DNA from: Felis catus
Taxonomy: Eukaryota
Length of the DNA stretch: 64,000 bases
Reading direction: 5' to 3'
NCBI RefSeq assembly: GCF_018350175.1
Contig: NC_058368.1
Span: 128,962,001 to 129,026,000 of the forward strand
Under the pieces are notes generated by a model. The model made no database searches and was not told the DNA's origin. It was given only the letters and a program-made list of their open reading frames with translations. The translations under genes and the position numbers were made by a program. The stretch's first letter is position 1. The number at the start of each line of letters is the position of its first letter. This document shows, piece after piece, positions 38,791-51,289 of the stretch.

Positions 38791-41537
38791 AAAATCAAAT
38801 AAAAATTAGAAAGTTTAGATATAAACTTTATAAACTATATAAACTCTATAAAATTAGAAAGTTTTAGATATAAAACAGTTGGGAATTTAACATTAAGTCT
38901 GTGTCTTCTTTTTATCAACTGAGAAATGTTTTTATGCTTACTACAATTTCTTGGGCTAGACCTTGTGAAGGAAATTCTTTTTCTATCTGGGGAATGATCT
39001 TTTGAATTTGTGAAGTGTGTTTTATTGCTTCTGTTTTCTTTTAAATCTCTATTGTCTAAACGACTGCATAGAAGTACACTGTCATCTTAAAATTGTAAGG
39101 ATTTACTTGTGGTCGAGTAATCCATTGCCTTTTACAGTTTCATTTGCCAGAGGGTCCTTCGACTAGTTTTGAGGTGATAACTGTATGAAGGCAAAGAATT
39201 TGATACCACAAAAAACGGAAAGCCCTTTTTATTCCACTGCGTATCTGAAAAACAGCTCTTGTAGGAAATTTTCATTTCCATTGGTTCTTGCCTTGTGAGG
39301 GATGTCTTTAAGGAGGAATAAATTATATTTGGATCCACCCCTATAGGATATCAAGTGAACACTAGAATAAAGCAGTGCGGACCTTCCTTTTTACAATGCC
39401 TTCCCAAGAAAATAAACATCCCCCTACCAAAAATTTTCTACCCTGGTAATATACCAAAAGTGGAAGTATGCATATCTGCATCTTGATGTTACTAGCATAT
39501 CCTGGTCCGAGGGCAGGTATGAGATCCAGTTATTGCTATTCAAAAGGACCTGAAAGTCTGAGCATACTTGGAAGAAGGACTATGAGCAACGCAAATGTCA
39601 AGTTACATCTGATAGTAAACAAAATTGTTAAGCCTCTTTGTGTGATGTTTAAGATGAGAAAATGGCTTTGTTTATGATTTTAAATGGGCTTGGACCTATT
39701 TTGTTCTGTTTTTCACTATCCTCACACTAGATTTCGTAGAGCTTTAAATTATGCCCAGCATTTGGACATCCAGTAGTAGTTTCCTCATAATAGTAGAGCT
39801 CCAGAAAATATTCCTAGCAGCATCTGTACAATGGTTTTCTTAGGATATTTAAGTCTAGTTTTTGAAAATACTAGCACTGTAAAATCCATTCATAGTTCTT
39901 AGGACTTCAAATCTTGACAAAACTGAAGTTACTGAGTGTATTGTATCTGGGTCAGTATTCTCTATAAAAGTCTGGAGCCCTTTCTGGGTATCAGTTCAAG
40001 AGGTGGAAGTGTGGGAAATGTTCAGCTGGGTAGGATTTTCTGACATGTAGTAAGTACTGAAGAAATACTTGTTTATTGGAAGATGCTGACTGGAGCCCAG
40101 GGGGATTATACTTCTATAATCATTATTAACCATGAAGTCTTCTTGAGTGTTGACTTTTGCTCTCTTTGATTTTTGTGCCAGTAATTACCAGTCCCTAGTT
40201 TAGAATCGTCATTGTAAGCACAGACTCCTTCCTACATTCATAAGGAGGTACTGCTCCTTCTGCTCCTCCTTATATATAGTATGAGCCATTCCAGGACTTA
40301 TATTTAAAGAATACCATTGCAAATTATTTTAAAGTGAAAATCATCTCGAAAGTTTTCTTTTGTGTAGAACACCGAGTTTACTTATAGTAAACTACATTTG
40401 TCTTGGACGAAGAGCTCAAAGTAACATTGTGATGGATGTCGTGGCTTCATCTAAAAGTGTGAAGGAAGGCGCACACATGCCTCGGTGGTGAACAGACAAC
40501 TGCTGTAGTTTATTTTGTTCTAGTCTGTACCTGTGGCCTCTTGGCTGTAGAAAACCAACATACAGTATATTATGTCTTTCATCATCAGAGGAATATATTT
40601 TTCCCTGTTGTTCATTTGGAATTGCGTATAGTCAAAATTTCTGAGTGCCATGAGAAGGACTGTTTTCTCTTTAGCAATTGAAGCATTTTTGCAGTGTGGA
40701 GTGAATAGATCCTGCCATCACAGTGCATTATGTAGTTTACTGAATAGATAAGTATAATACAATTCATTCAAAACAAATACGAAATTTACTGGGGCTTTTC
40801 ATGGAGATGTGGAATGTAGATATCTTTTTCTATATAACAGATGAAGTTGGTTGTAACTAACATGTGTTATGCTAGTAGAGGTCCACCTGTTAAACTTTCT
40901 GTTCTTTGTTGAGGGATAGAAAATGGAGTGATACAGATATGCTAGAAAAATGAGAACTGGAATGTAGGCCACAAGCTGGTCTGTTCCAGATGAATGCAAC
41001 CAAGACTAAGTAGCATCTTGTTTATTTGATAAACCAGTGTGGCTGGTCCTGCGTGCTCTCTTATGCATCTTTTCCCTCTCTCTACATGTAGTTATCAGTC
41101 ATTTGGTTATAAAATAGCCAGAATATACCTCTGTATTTCAGAGCCAAAAGAGAGAATCCTTTCCACCTCATTTCTTCTCTGAGATTTCTGCAGAGGGATT
41201 ATGTGAGTACTGTACTGCCTTTGCCTTTGACGCCCATCAACAGTGATAATCTTGAGATGTGTTTTTATTTATGATAAAGTACTTTCCTATAGTTACACAG
41301 CAGACAGTGACAAAATAAACTGGACCCTAATGGAGTCAATAATTCTTTCTTTAGCAGGTTTTTTTTTTTTTCAATTTCCTAAAAGTGTTATACCAAAAGC
41401 AGTAAAGTTTTGATGCCTTCCTTGTAGAAAGAAATTTGATTTTTGGGGTGAGTGAGGGCGGTTAGGTAGGAAATTAAAGAGCTTATTTGCAATGAACTGA
41501 AATAGAGGGTCAGGAAATCAGGAAACCTGAGATAGAC

Positions 41538-41730
41538 TTTTTTTTTTTTTTTTAATTTAGAGAGAGAGAGAGAGAGAGTGCACGGGCAGTGGAGAAGGGC
41601 AGAGGGAAATAGAGAATCTTAAGCGGGGCTCTTGGTGCACATGGGGGCTTGATCCCATGACCCTGGGATGATGACCTGAGCCAAAATCAAGAGTCGGATG
41701 CTCAACCGACTGAGCCACCCAGGTGCCCCT
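41538..41730 (-). mobile_element. SINEC
   Basis: Poly-T, GA tract, ends ctgagccacccaggtgcccc. Confidence 0.93.
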
Positions 41731-42035
41731 AATAGTCTTATTTTTAAACAGCATTTTAATTATGATTTCTTTAACCTCCAAATAACTTTCCAGGTAAAGT
41801 TTCTCTGAATTCAAAGCAATGGATACAGTTCTTAATCTGAAATAAGTACAGTAAATAGTGTGTCCAATAAGTGTGGACCCCCCCGGGAAAATAATGTGCT
41901 TATTGATTGAGAATATTATTTTAAAATGTAACTTACATACTTACTCTGTTTTTTGAAACAGCTTTAGACACTCAATATTTTGTTTGTTTTTAGGATTTTT
42001 TTTCTTTCCAAGTTTCAAGCATAGTGCTATTTTAA

Positions 42036-42257
42036 TTTATTTATTTAAAAACATTTTTTTAACATTTATTACTTTTTGAGATAGAGCATGCTCAGGAGTG
42101 GGAGAGGGCCAGAAAAAGGGAGACTGAGGATCTGAAGCAGGCTCTGTGCGCTGAGCACAGAGCCTGATACGGGGCTTGAACTCATGAGCTGTGAGATCAT
42201 GTCCTGAGCTGAAATCAAGAGTCCGCTGCTTAACCGACTGAGCCACCCAGGTGCCCC
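42036..42257 (-). mobile_element. SINEC with TSD
   Basis: TSD agcat(a/g)gtgctattttaa. Confidence 0.93.
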
Positions 42258-42654
42258 AGCATGGTGCTATTTTAAAATAACTCTACTGTCAGGAAGGAGG
42301 CTAGACAACTGACCAGCAATCTCCTCCCTTTTAGATTAAAGACCTTCTGGGCTGCTTGATGCTGCACCTTCAACTTTGGAAGGTGGGGAATAGTGAAAGG
42401 CAAAGGGTGGGGATGGAGGCTGGTGTGGCTGGCTGGCTGGCTTTCTTTTCACTCCAGCAGCTGACTGTAGCTGTAAGTGAAATCTTGATCTTGTTTTGAG
42501 TGAGTTGAAGGCCTCAAATGGTTGATGATTCTTGCATAGCAGTACTATTTTGATATTTCTTATTTTAATCTGGTACTTACTGATGTATAAAAACTTTTTC
42601 TTACACATACCAGTGGCTTGTGGTACTGGTTTAAGTAATACAATCACTTTATCT

Positions 42655-42862
42655 ATTTGCTCATTTTTAGGGGGGCAGAGAGAGTGTGTGCACACACATA
42701 TGAGTTGGGGAGAGGGGCAGAGAGAGAGAGAGAGAATATCTCATGCACGTTCCATGCTCAGCATGGAGCCCCACATGAGGCTTGATCCCATGAGCCTGGG
42801 ACCATGACCTGAGCTGAAATCAAGAGTTGGACGCTCAAACCACTGAGCTGTCCAGGTGCCCG
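42655..42862 (-). mobile_element. SINEC
   Basis: ccatgacctgagctgaaatcaagagttggacgctc...ccaggtgccc. Confidence 0.88.
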
Positions 42863-43824
42863 TACAATCATCTTATTTAGAAAAATGAAAAAAATGATGC
42901 TAAAGTCAGTAATATTTCGGAGGAAAAACTACTACTTTAATGATACTGAAATTTGCCAGATAGGGATCAGGTTTACACTGTTAAAATGTTGTTCATGGTA
43001 AAACAGAGAATCTTTGATCTTTATTGGTAAAAAGTCTTCCAAACTGATACAGAGTTTTTAGAACAAGTGTGGTAGTAAAAAGTATATGTAGCTCTGTAAG
43101 TCTAGAGAGGGAGGAGAGATTCGCAAAGAGTAAAAGAATACCACCACCCTCACACAACCTTGTGAACAGTTGCTTTACTCTCATGTAGTTGAGTATGACT
43201 TCATGAGATTACAGTGTTTAAGAAATGTTAAGATTGACAGGTGACCAGTTTGTCTTGCGATGGGCATTATTTCCCTTTTTTCTGGAATGAAACTCAAGTG
43301 TTGGTGGAGTGCTTTGAGTGTAGATGGTATGTTGGAACCTTTGTGTCCCCAAAGCTGCTGAAATGAATTTTAGATATCTTGAGCCATGTGTAAATGGCTT
43401 TCTTTTCATATTTTTAACACTTTAGCTCTCTACCTTGGGCAAATCTTATGAGGGAGGTCCTGCAATCATGGGGTTTGACCAGGTGGTCTGTGGCCCTTTC
43501 TATCTGTCAGATGAGTGCAGTCTTTCATCCCAGATGGCGCAACACTGTGGACATGGCGCAACACACTGTTCGCGGTGGTTGCTGTATTATTATGTTTAAG
43601 AAGGAAGTTACAGATTTTGAGAAAGCGTTTCATCGAAAGTGGTAAAAATAGAAAAATGTTAGTGATTAAAGGAGTTCTTCCAACCCAGTGTGCATTGCTT
43701 GGTTGTCAAGGAAATGCTTAGTTCCTTTTAAGTTTCAGACCACCTTTATAGATGCCTCCAGTGGAACTGTAACTATTTCAGGACAGCATGATGATGAGAG
43801 AAATAATACAAGGCACTGTGATTT

Positions 43825-43935
43825 GATAGAAAGAACATTTTCTTTGTAGTTGAGGAGATCAGTGTTTGGATTATGGTTCTAGCACTTACCAAGTTTGTGA
43901 CCTGGGCAAGTTACTTAAATTCTCTAGGGCTCATT
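43825..43935 (+). mobile_element. MIR fragment
   Basis: cacttaccaagtttgtgacctgggcaagttacttaaattctct. Confidence 0.75.
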
Positions 43936-44251
43936 TGCATTAATTGAGGTACTTTATGTCTCATATCTAGGCCAGTATATTGATGCTTTATCACTGTTAA
44001 TGCTTTTTTCCTCTTTCATTGTTTCATGATGGAATGCACATATTTTGCACAGCACATAATGTCTCAAATAACCAGGCAGAGAAGTTTACTTGGCTCCATC
44101 ATTGACAATCCACCTGCATCTTGGTTCTTTTGAGAGCCTGTTCTCAGCTCCTTTACCCCATGGGCAGAGAGGTGTGGATAACTCTTGCTAGCCTTGGTGA
44201 TCATACCCGCTTACTTCCGGTTTTACAGCGTGTCTAACCTGGCTCACTGTC

Positions 44252-44493
44252 TTTTTTTTTTTTAATTTTTAAAAAAAAAATTTTTTTTTTCAACGTTAAT
44301 TTATTTTTGGGACAGAGAGAGACAGAGCATGAACGGGGGAGGGGCAGAGAGAGAGGGAGACACAGAATCGGAAACAGGCTCCAGGCTCCGAGCCATCAGC
44401 CCAGAGCCTGACGCGGGGCTTGAACTCACGGACCGCGAGATCGTGACCTGGCTGAAGTCGGACGCTTAACCGACTGCGCCACCCAAGCGCCCC
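44252..44493 (-). mobile_element. Young SINEC_Fc-type SINE
   Basis: CpG-rich (cacggaccgcgagatcgtgacctggctgaagtcggacg); TSD gctc(a/t)ctgtctttt. Confidence 0.97.
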
Positions 44494-46614
44494 AAGCTCT
44501 CTGTCTTTTGAATAGCAGTGAATACCCGAGACTGTTTGGTGCCTGGTTGGATATAATTTACTGCCAGCTCCAAATACAGAGGTTTGCAGTCACACTCAGG
44601 AGAAGTCCCTCCTCAGCCACACCACTTGGAGGGGTGGGCACAGATAGGCATAGCAGATAAGGGGAACAGGGGCACATAGCCAGCCGATAATGAGAACAGT
44701 GGCACTGGTTCCCATTGCTAAAGATGGGAAAATCGCAGGCTAAGGATGGTAAATACTTGAGAGCTAGTCTACATTTGGCATTTATATATGACATACTAAT
44801 TGAGAACACATTTTATGGTTTGAAGTTGTGAAAAGTTCTGCCTACGTTCTAGATTAATGTCTATGCCCCGAGCTTGCTGTTTGTTTCAAGTACTGCATCA
44901 AGGAAACACAGACCTCCGAGAGACCTTGAGTTTATTCCCAGTATATCAGTGGACATTTCTCTTCCTGCTGCTTCTGAGTGGTTTTGCCTTTGCCTTTGTG
45001 CCTCAGTAGTTTTTTTCCCCGCTCCTTGTTTAAACAAGGATTAATACTTCCTTTAGTTGAGCTGAGGCTATTTTATTTTACATGGATTGGTGATTGTAAG
45101 TTTTTCTGAGCAGGTGTGGAGCAATGAATAGTCTTTTTAATTTTGTTTTTTGGATTTACATTTTTTTATAACCTCTTCTGTAACAAATGGTAAAGCTCCA
45201 CGTCCATACTCTTTTTTAGTCAATAGTTAATGTTTCTTCCATACTTCCCAGCTGCTTATCATGGGCACAGCTGACAAAACCAGAAGAGCCTTTCCAGTAA
45301 GGTGAGCTGAGCTAGCATTTGAGTAGGACAAAAGGCTTTGGTATAGAATTAGGGCTTTGACAAAGTGAACAAATGTAAAGGCAGCTGGAAAACTTGAGTG
45401 TTGCTAATCAGGAATATATTTCGTGATTCTGAAGTTTCTAAAACATGTATACTTAAGCAAAATAATTCAACAACTTGTGGGTTAATTTTCCTGTTTTAAA
45501 ATCCCTTATGTGGATTTTAAAAAATGTTTTTCATACCTCTGAATGTCTTACTTTCTCAAGAAACGTTGCTAGCTCCCCTTTTTCTTTATTTTCATATCTC
45601 AACAAAATCATGATTTACTTTTGAGCCTCTTCCTCCATTTGCTCTTGCCAGATGCCGTCTGTGCAAATTGATTATGGCAGACCCCTTTATCTTTAGTTGC
45701 TAAGACTCTTTTCAAGGGAGCGTTTGCTTTTATTGTTTTATTTATGCTATTGATAGTGAGCACTGTGTAGAGTTCAAAGGGGCTTGTTCTAACTTGAGAA
45801 TTTACTACTTTACTTGTAGTTGTTTGAGTATAAAACAGCTCTTCAGTTGGACTGGCATTTGCGTTTGGGAGGTATCTATACTTTCCCTAAGTCAGTGAAT
45901 GGGTAATATTAATAAGATAAAGTAAATCTGCTAGCCCCCCCCCTCCCCCCTCCCCCCCCCCAACAAGCCATATGTTTGCATAAGTTGCCTGAAAACCAGC
46001 GTTGTGTCCATTTCCTGTTCTCTTTCATGCCTGATGCTGGAGAAACTATGCTTATGTTAATTAACATTCCTGCACTATTAAAAATAATGGAATATGCTAA
46101 ATGTAGCAAATAGAAGGGGCAAGACAACACTCCCGAGATTCAAAAGCAAAAGTTACAAATTAAGAAAGTGCTTTTTAAAATTAATTGGGTGCTTATAACA
46201 TTCTATACTTTAGAGCTGTAAGGCAAAAGTACTTCACATGTTTAACACTCTACAAATGTCTGTAAGACTAGTTTGGATAAGTGACCAGTCAAAGCCACTC
46301 TTTGAAAAACAGAATGAAACCAAACAAAACACCTCCCAAACTATCTTCCTTTTCCTTTTTCCCTTTGAAAGGTGTAAAGAGGGAGGGAACAGGTTTAATT
46401 TCAAAACTTTTCTTGATGAGTATAACTCTTTGAAAAACCACTGTTAGCTGAATAGCTCACCACATTCCAAAATGTTATTTAAGATGTAAGAAACACTTTA
46501 GTTTTATACTGTCTTTTGAAATTGAGAAATACTTGGGATGCTTTAGCAGTGATACTCTTCTTCCAGGAGAAAAGTTGAATTGAAATGTTCAGTGGTAAAC
46601 CTGCTGGATGATGA

Positions 46615-46832
46615 TGATGGTAATAATAGTAACAGTCATTACTATTATTGTGTGACATAATGTTTTAAGAGTTTATGTATATTAATTTATTTAAATTAAG
46701 AGCTACATAAGGAAGCTGAGGTACAGACTTTAAGTAACCTGTCCATGGTCACATAGCTGGTACATGGCAGACCTGGAACCTGAGCCCACACAGTGGCTCA
46801 AAAAAAATCTATGCTCTTAACCACTTTGCTGT
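46615..46832 (-). mobile_element. MIR
   Basis: ggaagctgaggtacagactttaagtaacctgtccatggtcacatagctgg...tgctcttaaccact. Confidence 0.8.
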
Positions 46833-47458
46833 GTAGTGACTGAGAGGCTTTAAGTTTTCTTGAGTTAGAATTGTGGCTTTGGTATTTTGCTACTGAGAAA
46901 TCTTAACAATGGGAATCTATACTGTTTATGTAGAAGTAGAAAAAATTGTGAAATTGACAATTTCACAGTTGAAATTGGTAAATTCTGAATTTGGTTCTGC
47001 AGTAAGCAAAAAGACTGCCTTCAGTCTGTCTTTGAATCATTGTAGATTATTGTTTTTTTATTCTTTGTCACTTGAAGACCCATAAATGCATTTTGGCACA
47101 CTGGAACCCTTGTCCCTAAATTTATTTGGGGAAAAGAAAGGAGAGAAGAGACAAAAAATGAAGAAAGTCACCATCTGTCATTGAAACTTCGGTCTGTTCT
47201 CCTGCCCTTGAGCACACTCTGTTTGCTCTGGGGGGCCCCTCCCACTCGGTCAGCTTCCCTTCTTAGGTCGGCTCTCCTCACCTGAGACTTGTGGTACCAT
47301 ACTTGCATACTGAAATGGAAGTATACTTTCCTTGCAGCTTTCAGAGCTCCACATCTTAATGGAGAAGTTAGGGAAATGAAAAATCCTGTGGTGGTTCAAA
47401 GACGAAATACATTTGGCAACTGTCTTGTTGAGGAATAAAACCCAAGTTCAAGAATACG

Positions 47459-47877
47459 TTTTTTTCTCCTCCTCTTCCTCCTCCTCAATTAACATGTAGT
47501 GTAATAATGATTTCAGGAATAGGACCCAGTGATTCATCACTTACATATACCGCCCAGTTGCTCATTCCAACGAGTGCCCTCCTTAATGCCCCTCGCTCAT
47601 TTAGCCCATCTCCCCCACCCAGCACCCCGCCAGCAACTCTCGGTTTGTTCTCTGTGTTTTAAGAGTCTCTTATGGTTTGTCTCCTTCTCTGTTTTTATGT
47701 TATTTTTGCTTCCCTTCCTTATGTCATCTGTTTTGTTTCTTAAATTACACATATGAGTGAAATCGTATGACATTTGTCTTTCTCTGACTTATTTTGCTTA
47801 GCATGATAGCCTCTGGTTCCATCCGCATTGTTGCAGATATCAAGATTTCATTCTTTTTGATTGCCAAGTAATAGTCC

Positions 47878-47920
<43 letters not shown>

Positions 47921-49274
47921 ACACAGCACATCTTCTTTATCCATTCATCAGTCGATGGACATTTGGGATCTTTCCATACTTTGGCTATTGTCGATAGTGC
48001 TGCTATAAACATTGGGGTACATGTGCCTCTTCGAATCAGCACTCCTGTATCCTTTGGATAAATACCTAGTAGTGCAGTTGCTGGGTCGAAGGGTAGTTTT
48101 ATTTTGAATTTTTTGAGGAACCTCCATACTGGTGAAGAATGGCTGCACCAGTTTGCATTCCCACCACCGGTGCCAAAGAGATCCTCTTTCTCTACATCCT
48201 CGCTGACATCTGTTGTTGCTTGAGTTGCTAATGGTGGCCATTCTGACCAGTGTGAGGTGGGATCTCATTGTGGTTTTGATTTGTATTTCTCTGATGATGA
48301 GTGATGTTGAGCATCTTTTCATATGTCTGTTAGTCATCTGGATGTCTTCTTTAGAAAAGTGTCTATTAATGTCTTTTGCCCATTTCTTCACTGGATTACT
48401 TGTTTTTTTGGTGTTGAGTTTGATAAGTTCTTCATAGATTTTGGATACTAACCCTCCATCTGATAGGTCATTTGCAGATATCATCTCCCATTCTGTGGGT
48501 TGCTTTTTAGTTTTGTTGTTACCTTTGCTATATGGAAGCTTTTTATCTTGATGAAGCCTTAGTAGTTCATTTTTACTTTTGTTTCCCTTGCTTCCAGAGA
48601 CATGTCAAGTAAGAAGTTTCTGCGGCCAAGGTCAAAGAGGTTGTTGCTTGTTTTCTCCTCTAGGATTTTGATGGCTTCCTGTTTTTGTTTAGGTCTTACA
48701 TCCATTTTGTGTTTATTTTTGTGTATGGTGTAAGAAAGTGATCCACTTTGATTCTTCTGCATGTCGCTGTCCAGTTTTCTCAACACCATTTGCTGAAGAG
48801 ACTGTCTTTTTTCTTTGGATATTCTTTGTCAAATATTAGTTGGCCATACGTTTGTGGGTCCATTTCTGGGTTCTCCATTCTGTTCCACTTATCTGTGTAT
48901 CTGTTTTTGTGCCAGTACCATGCCGTCTTGATGATTACAGCTTTGTAATAAGGGCTTGAAGTCTGGAATTGTGATGCCTCCAGCTTTGGTTTTCTTTTTC
49001 AGGATTGCTTTGGCTATTCGGGGTCTTTTCTGGTTCCATACAAATTTTAGGACTGTTTGTTTTCGTTCTGGCTTTGTGAAGAATGCTCGTGTTATTTTGG
49101 TAGGGATCGCATTGACTATGTAGATTGCTTTGGGTAGCATCTACATTTTAACAGTATTTGTTCTTCCAATCCATGAGCATGGAATGTTTTTTTCATTTTT
49201 TTCATGTCTTCAGTTTCTTTCATAAGCTTTCTGTAGTTTTCAGTGTGTAGATTTTTCACCTCTTTGGTTAGGTT
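47459..49274 (-). mobile_element. 5'-truncated carnivore L1 (ORF2 3' part plus 3'UTR), frameshifted
   Basis: ORF-track fragments match L1 ORF2 ([71 protein letters not shown]); internal (GT)n at 47881-47918. Confidence 0.95.
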
Positions 49275-50163
49275 AGAATATAGATTTGACATTACAAATC
49301 CATTTTGTGTCTGTCTGTTCTGTGTCTGTGTTGGTCTTCCATGCAGCTATCAGTGTTGTCATTAGAAGTTACAGCAGGCCACAGATATATCTTGATGAGG
49401 ACATGCTGGGTTGAGAATAGCCACATGCTGTATATATACTAGCCTTGATGTACAAAAGGTGCATGCAATGTTTGATTTGGAAACCACAAAGAAACCAAGT
49501 CCCTTGGCCAATCTGGGGGATTTTTTTTGTAATGAGAATGTGTCATTTATCATATTTCTTGAGGGCATCTGCAGCATGAGGCAGAGTTGAATTTTTCTTT
49601 CTTTTTTTCTTTTTCTTTCATCTCATTTGCTACAAAGTTCCCATTCCTCTTCATCTTCTTTTTCTCTCTCCTTTCCTTGACTCTGTTGGCCAGCCTGCCT
49701 GCCAGTCTGCCTGTCTACTTATAGGGGGATGTCCTGCCTTCCCAAAGGAATTCATTTCATTGGGAAGCTAGTCTGGTACAATGAAGAGAGTAGGGCATTT
49801 CATAATTGTTTATTGTATTTATTTTCAAAAGTATTTTTTTCATCAAGGGCTAATAATTTTGACAAGGAAGTTTGCTATAATTAACATTTTTTTATCCTCT
49901 TATGCCTTTCATAAAAGGGAAAATTATTAGAATTCAGAAAGAATGTGACCAGCATTGTGCCCAACTCTCAATTGTTTTTTTAGCTCACATACCTTCAGAT
50001 ACCTTATACCTCTCCCTTATTAAACCTGTGCTTATAAGAAAGTAATATTTTTTGTGTCTTTCACAATTCTTTTCTACATGAGGTGGAAAGTCCTATTTCT
50101 CTGTGCTCCTCTCCTCCACTTTTGTCGTTGCCCTTTGTTTTGGAGAGCCTACATGCGATAACG

Positions 50164-50386
50164 TTTAAAAACAAATTTTTTTTAAACGTTTCTTCATCTT
50201 TGAGAGACAGAGAGAGACAGAGCATGAGCGGGGAAGGGGCAGAGAGAGGGAGACACAGAATCTAAAGCAGGTTCCAGGCTCTGAGCTGTTAGCACAGAGC
50301 CCAACGCAGGGCTCGAACTCACGAACTGCAAGATCATGACCTGAGGTGAAGTCGGACGCTCAACCGACTCAGCCACCCAGGTGCCT
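50164..50386 (-). mobile_element. SINEC
   Basis: Reverse SINE ending gactcagccacccaggtgcct. Confidence 0.95.
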
Positions 50387-50402
50387 CATTGATAACATTT
50401 TT

Positions 50403-50623
50403 TTTAAAATTTTTTTTTTTCAACGTTTATTTATTTTTGGGACAGAGAGAGACAGAGCATGAACGGGGGAGGGGCAGAGAGAGAGGGAGACACAGAATCG
50501 GAAACAGGCTCCAGGCTCCGAGCCATCAGCCCAGAGCCTGACGCGGGGCTCGAACTCACGGACCGCGAAATCGTGACCTGGCTGAAGTCGGACGCTTAAC
50601 CGACTGCGCCACCCGGGCGCCCC
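50403..50623 (-). mobile_element. Young SINEC_Fc-type SINE
   Basis: TSD gataacattttt at 50391 and 50624; CpG-rich. Confidence 0.97.
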
Positions 50624-51289
50624 GATAACATTTTTATAAATGAGCACTGTCAGTTGGCTAGTGATCTCCAAAGTGGTATAGTTGATCCTTAACAACATGG
50701 GTTTGTATTGTGTGGGTCCAGTTATACATGGATGTTTTTCAATAGATCCGCTGGAAAATTTTTGGAGATTTTTGACAATTTCAGAAAACTCCAGATAAAC
50801 TGCATAGCTTAGAAATATCAAAAAAAGAGAAAAGTATGTCATGAATACATGGAATATATGTAGATATTAGTCTGTTTTATCATTTACTGCCATAAAATAT
50901 ACATAAATCTATTATAACAGTTAAAACTTATCAAAGCTTATGCACACATCCAACAGACTGTATGTGACATCACTCACAGTTGAGATATGTAAACGTAAAG
51001 ATGCATTATTAAATCCTAGCCACAGAAAATTAACTGTAGTACATACTATACTACAGTAATAATTTTGTAGGCCCTTCTTGTTGCCACTGTACTGAGCTCA
51101 AGCATTGCAAGTATCTGGTTAAAGTACCGTGTAACACTGATTTTCTCATGAGCAGTTTGTCTTTATGGTAAATTGTGTATCATGGTGAAAAGTTCTTTCG
51201 TGAGGTTCTCATGTACTTTTCACTGTGTTTAGTGCAATACTGTAAACCTTGAATGACAGCAGGGGCCCCACACAAAGTGCACTAGTGAT

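Noticed and set aside
45935..45961. C-run / G-quadruplex-capable tract
   Set aside because: Simple low-complexity repeat; no functional evidence from sequence alone.
46944..46970. Palindrome tgtgaaattg-a-caatttcaca
   Set aside because: Short, AT-rich and isolated; no supporting context.
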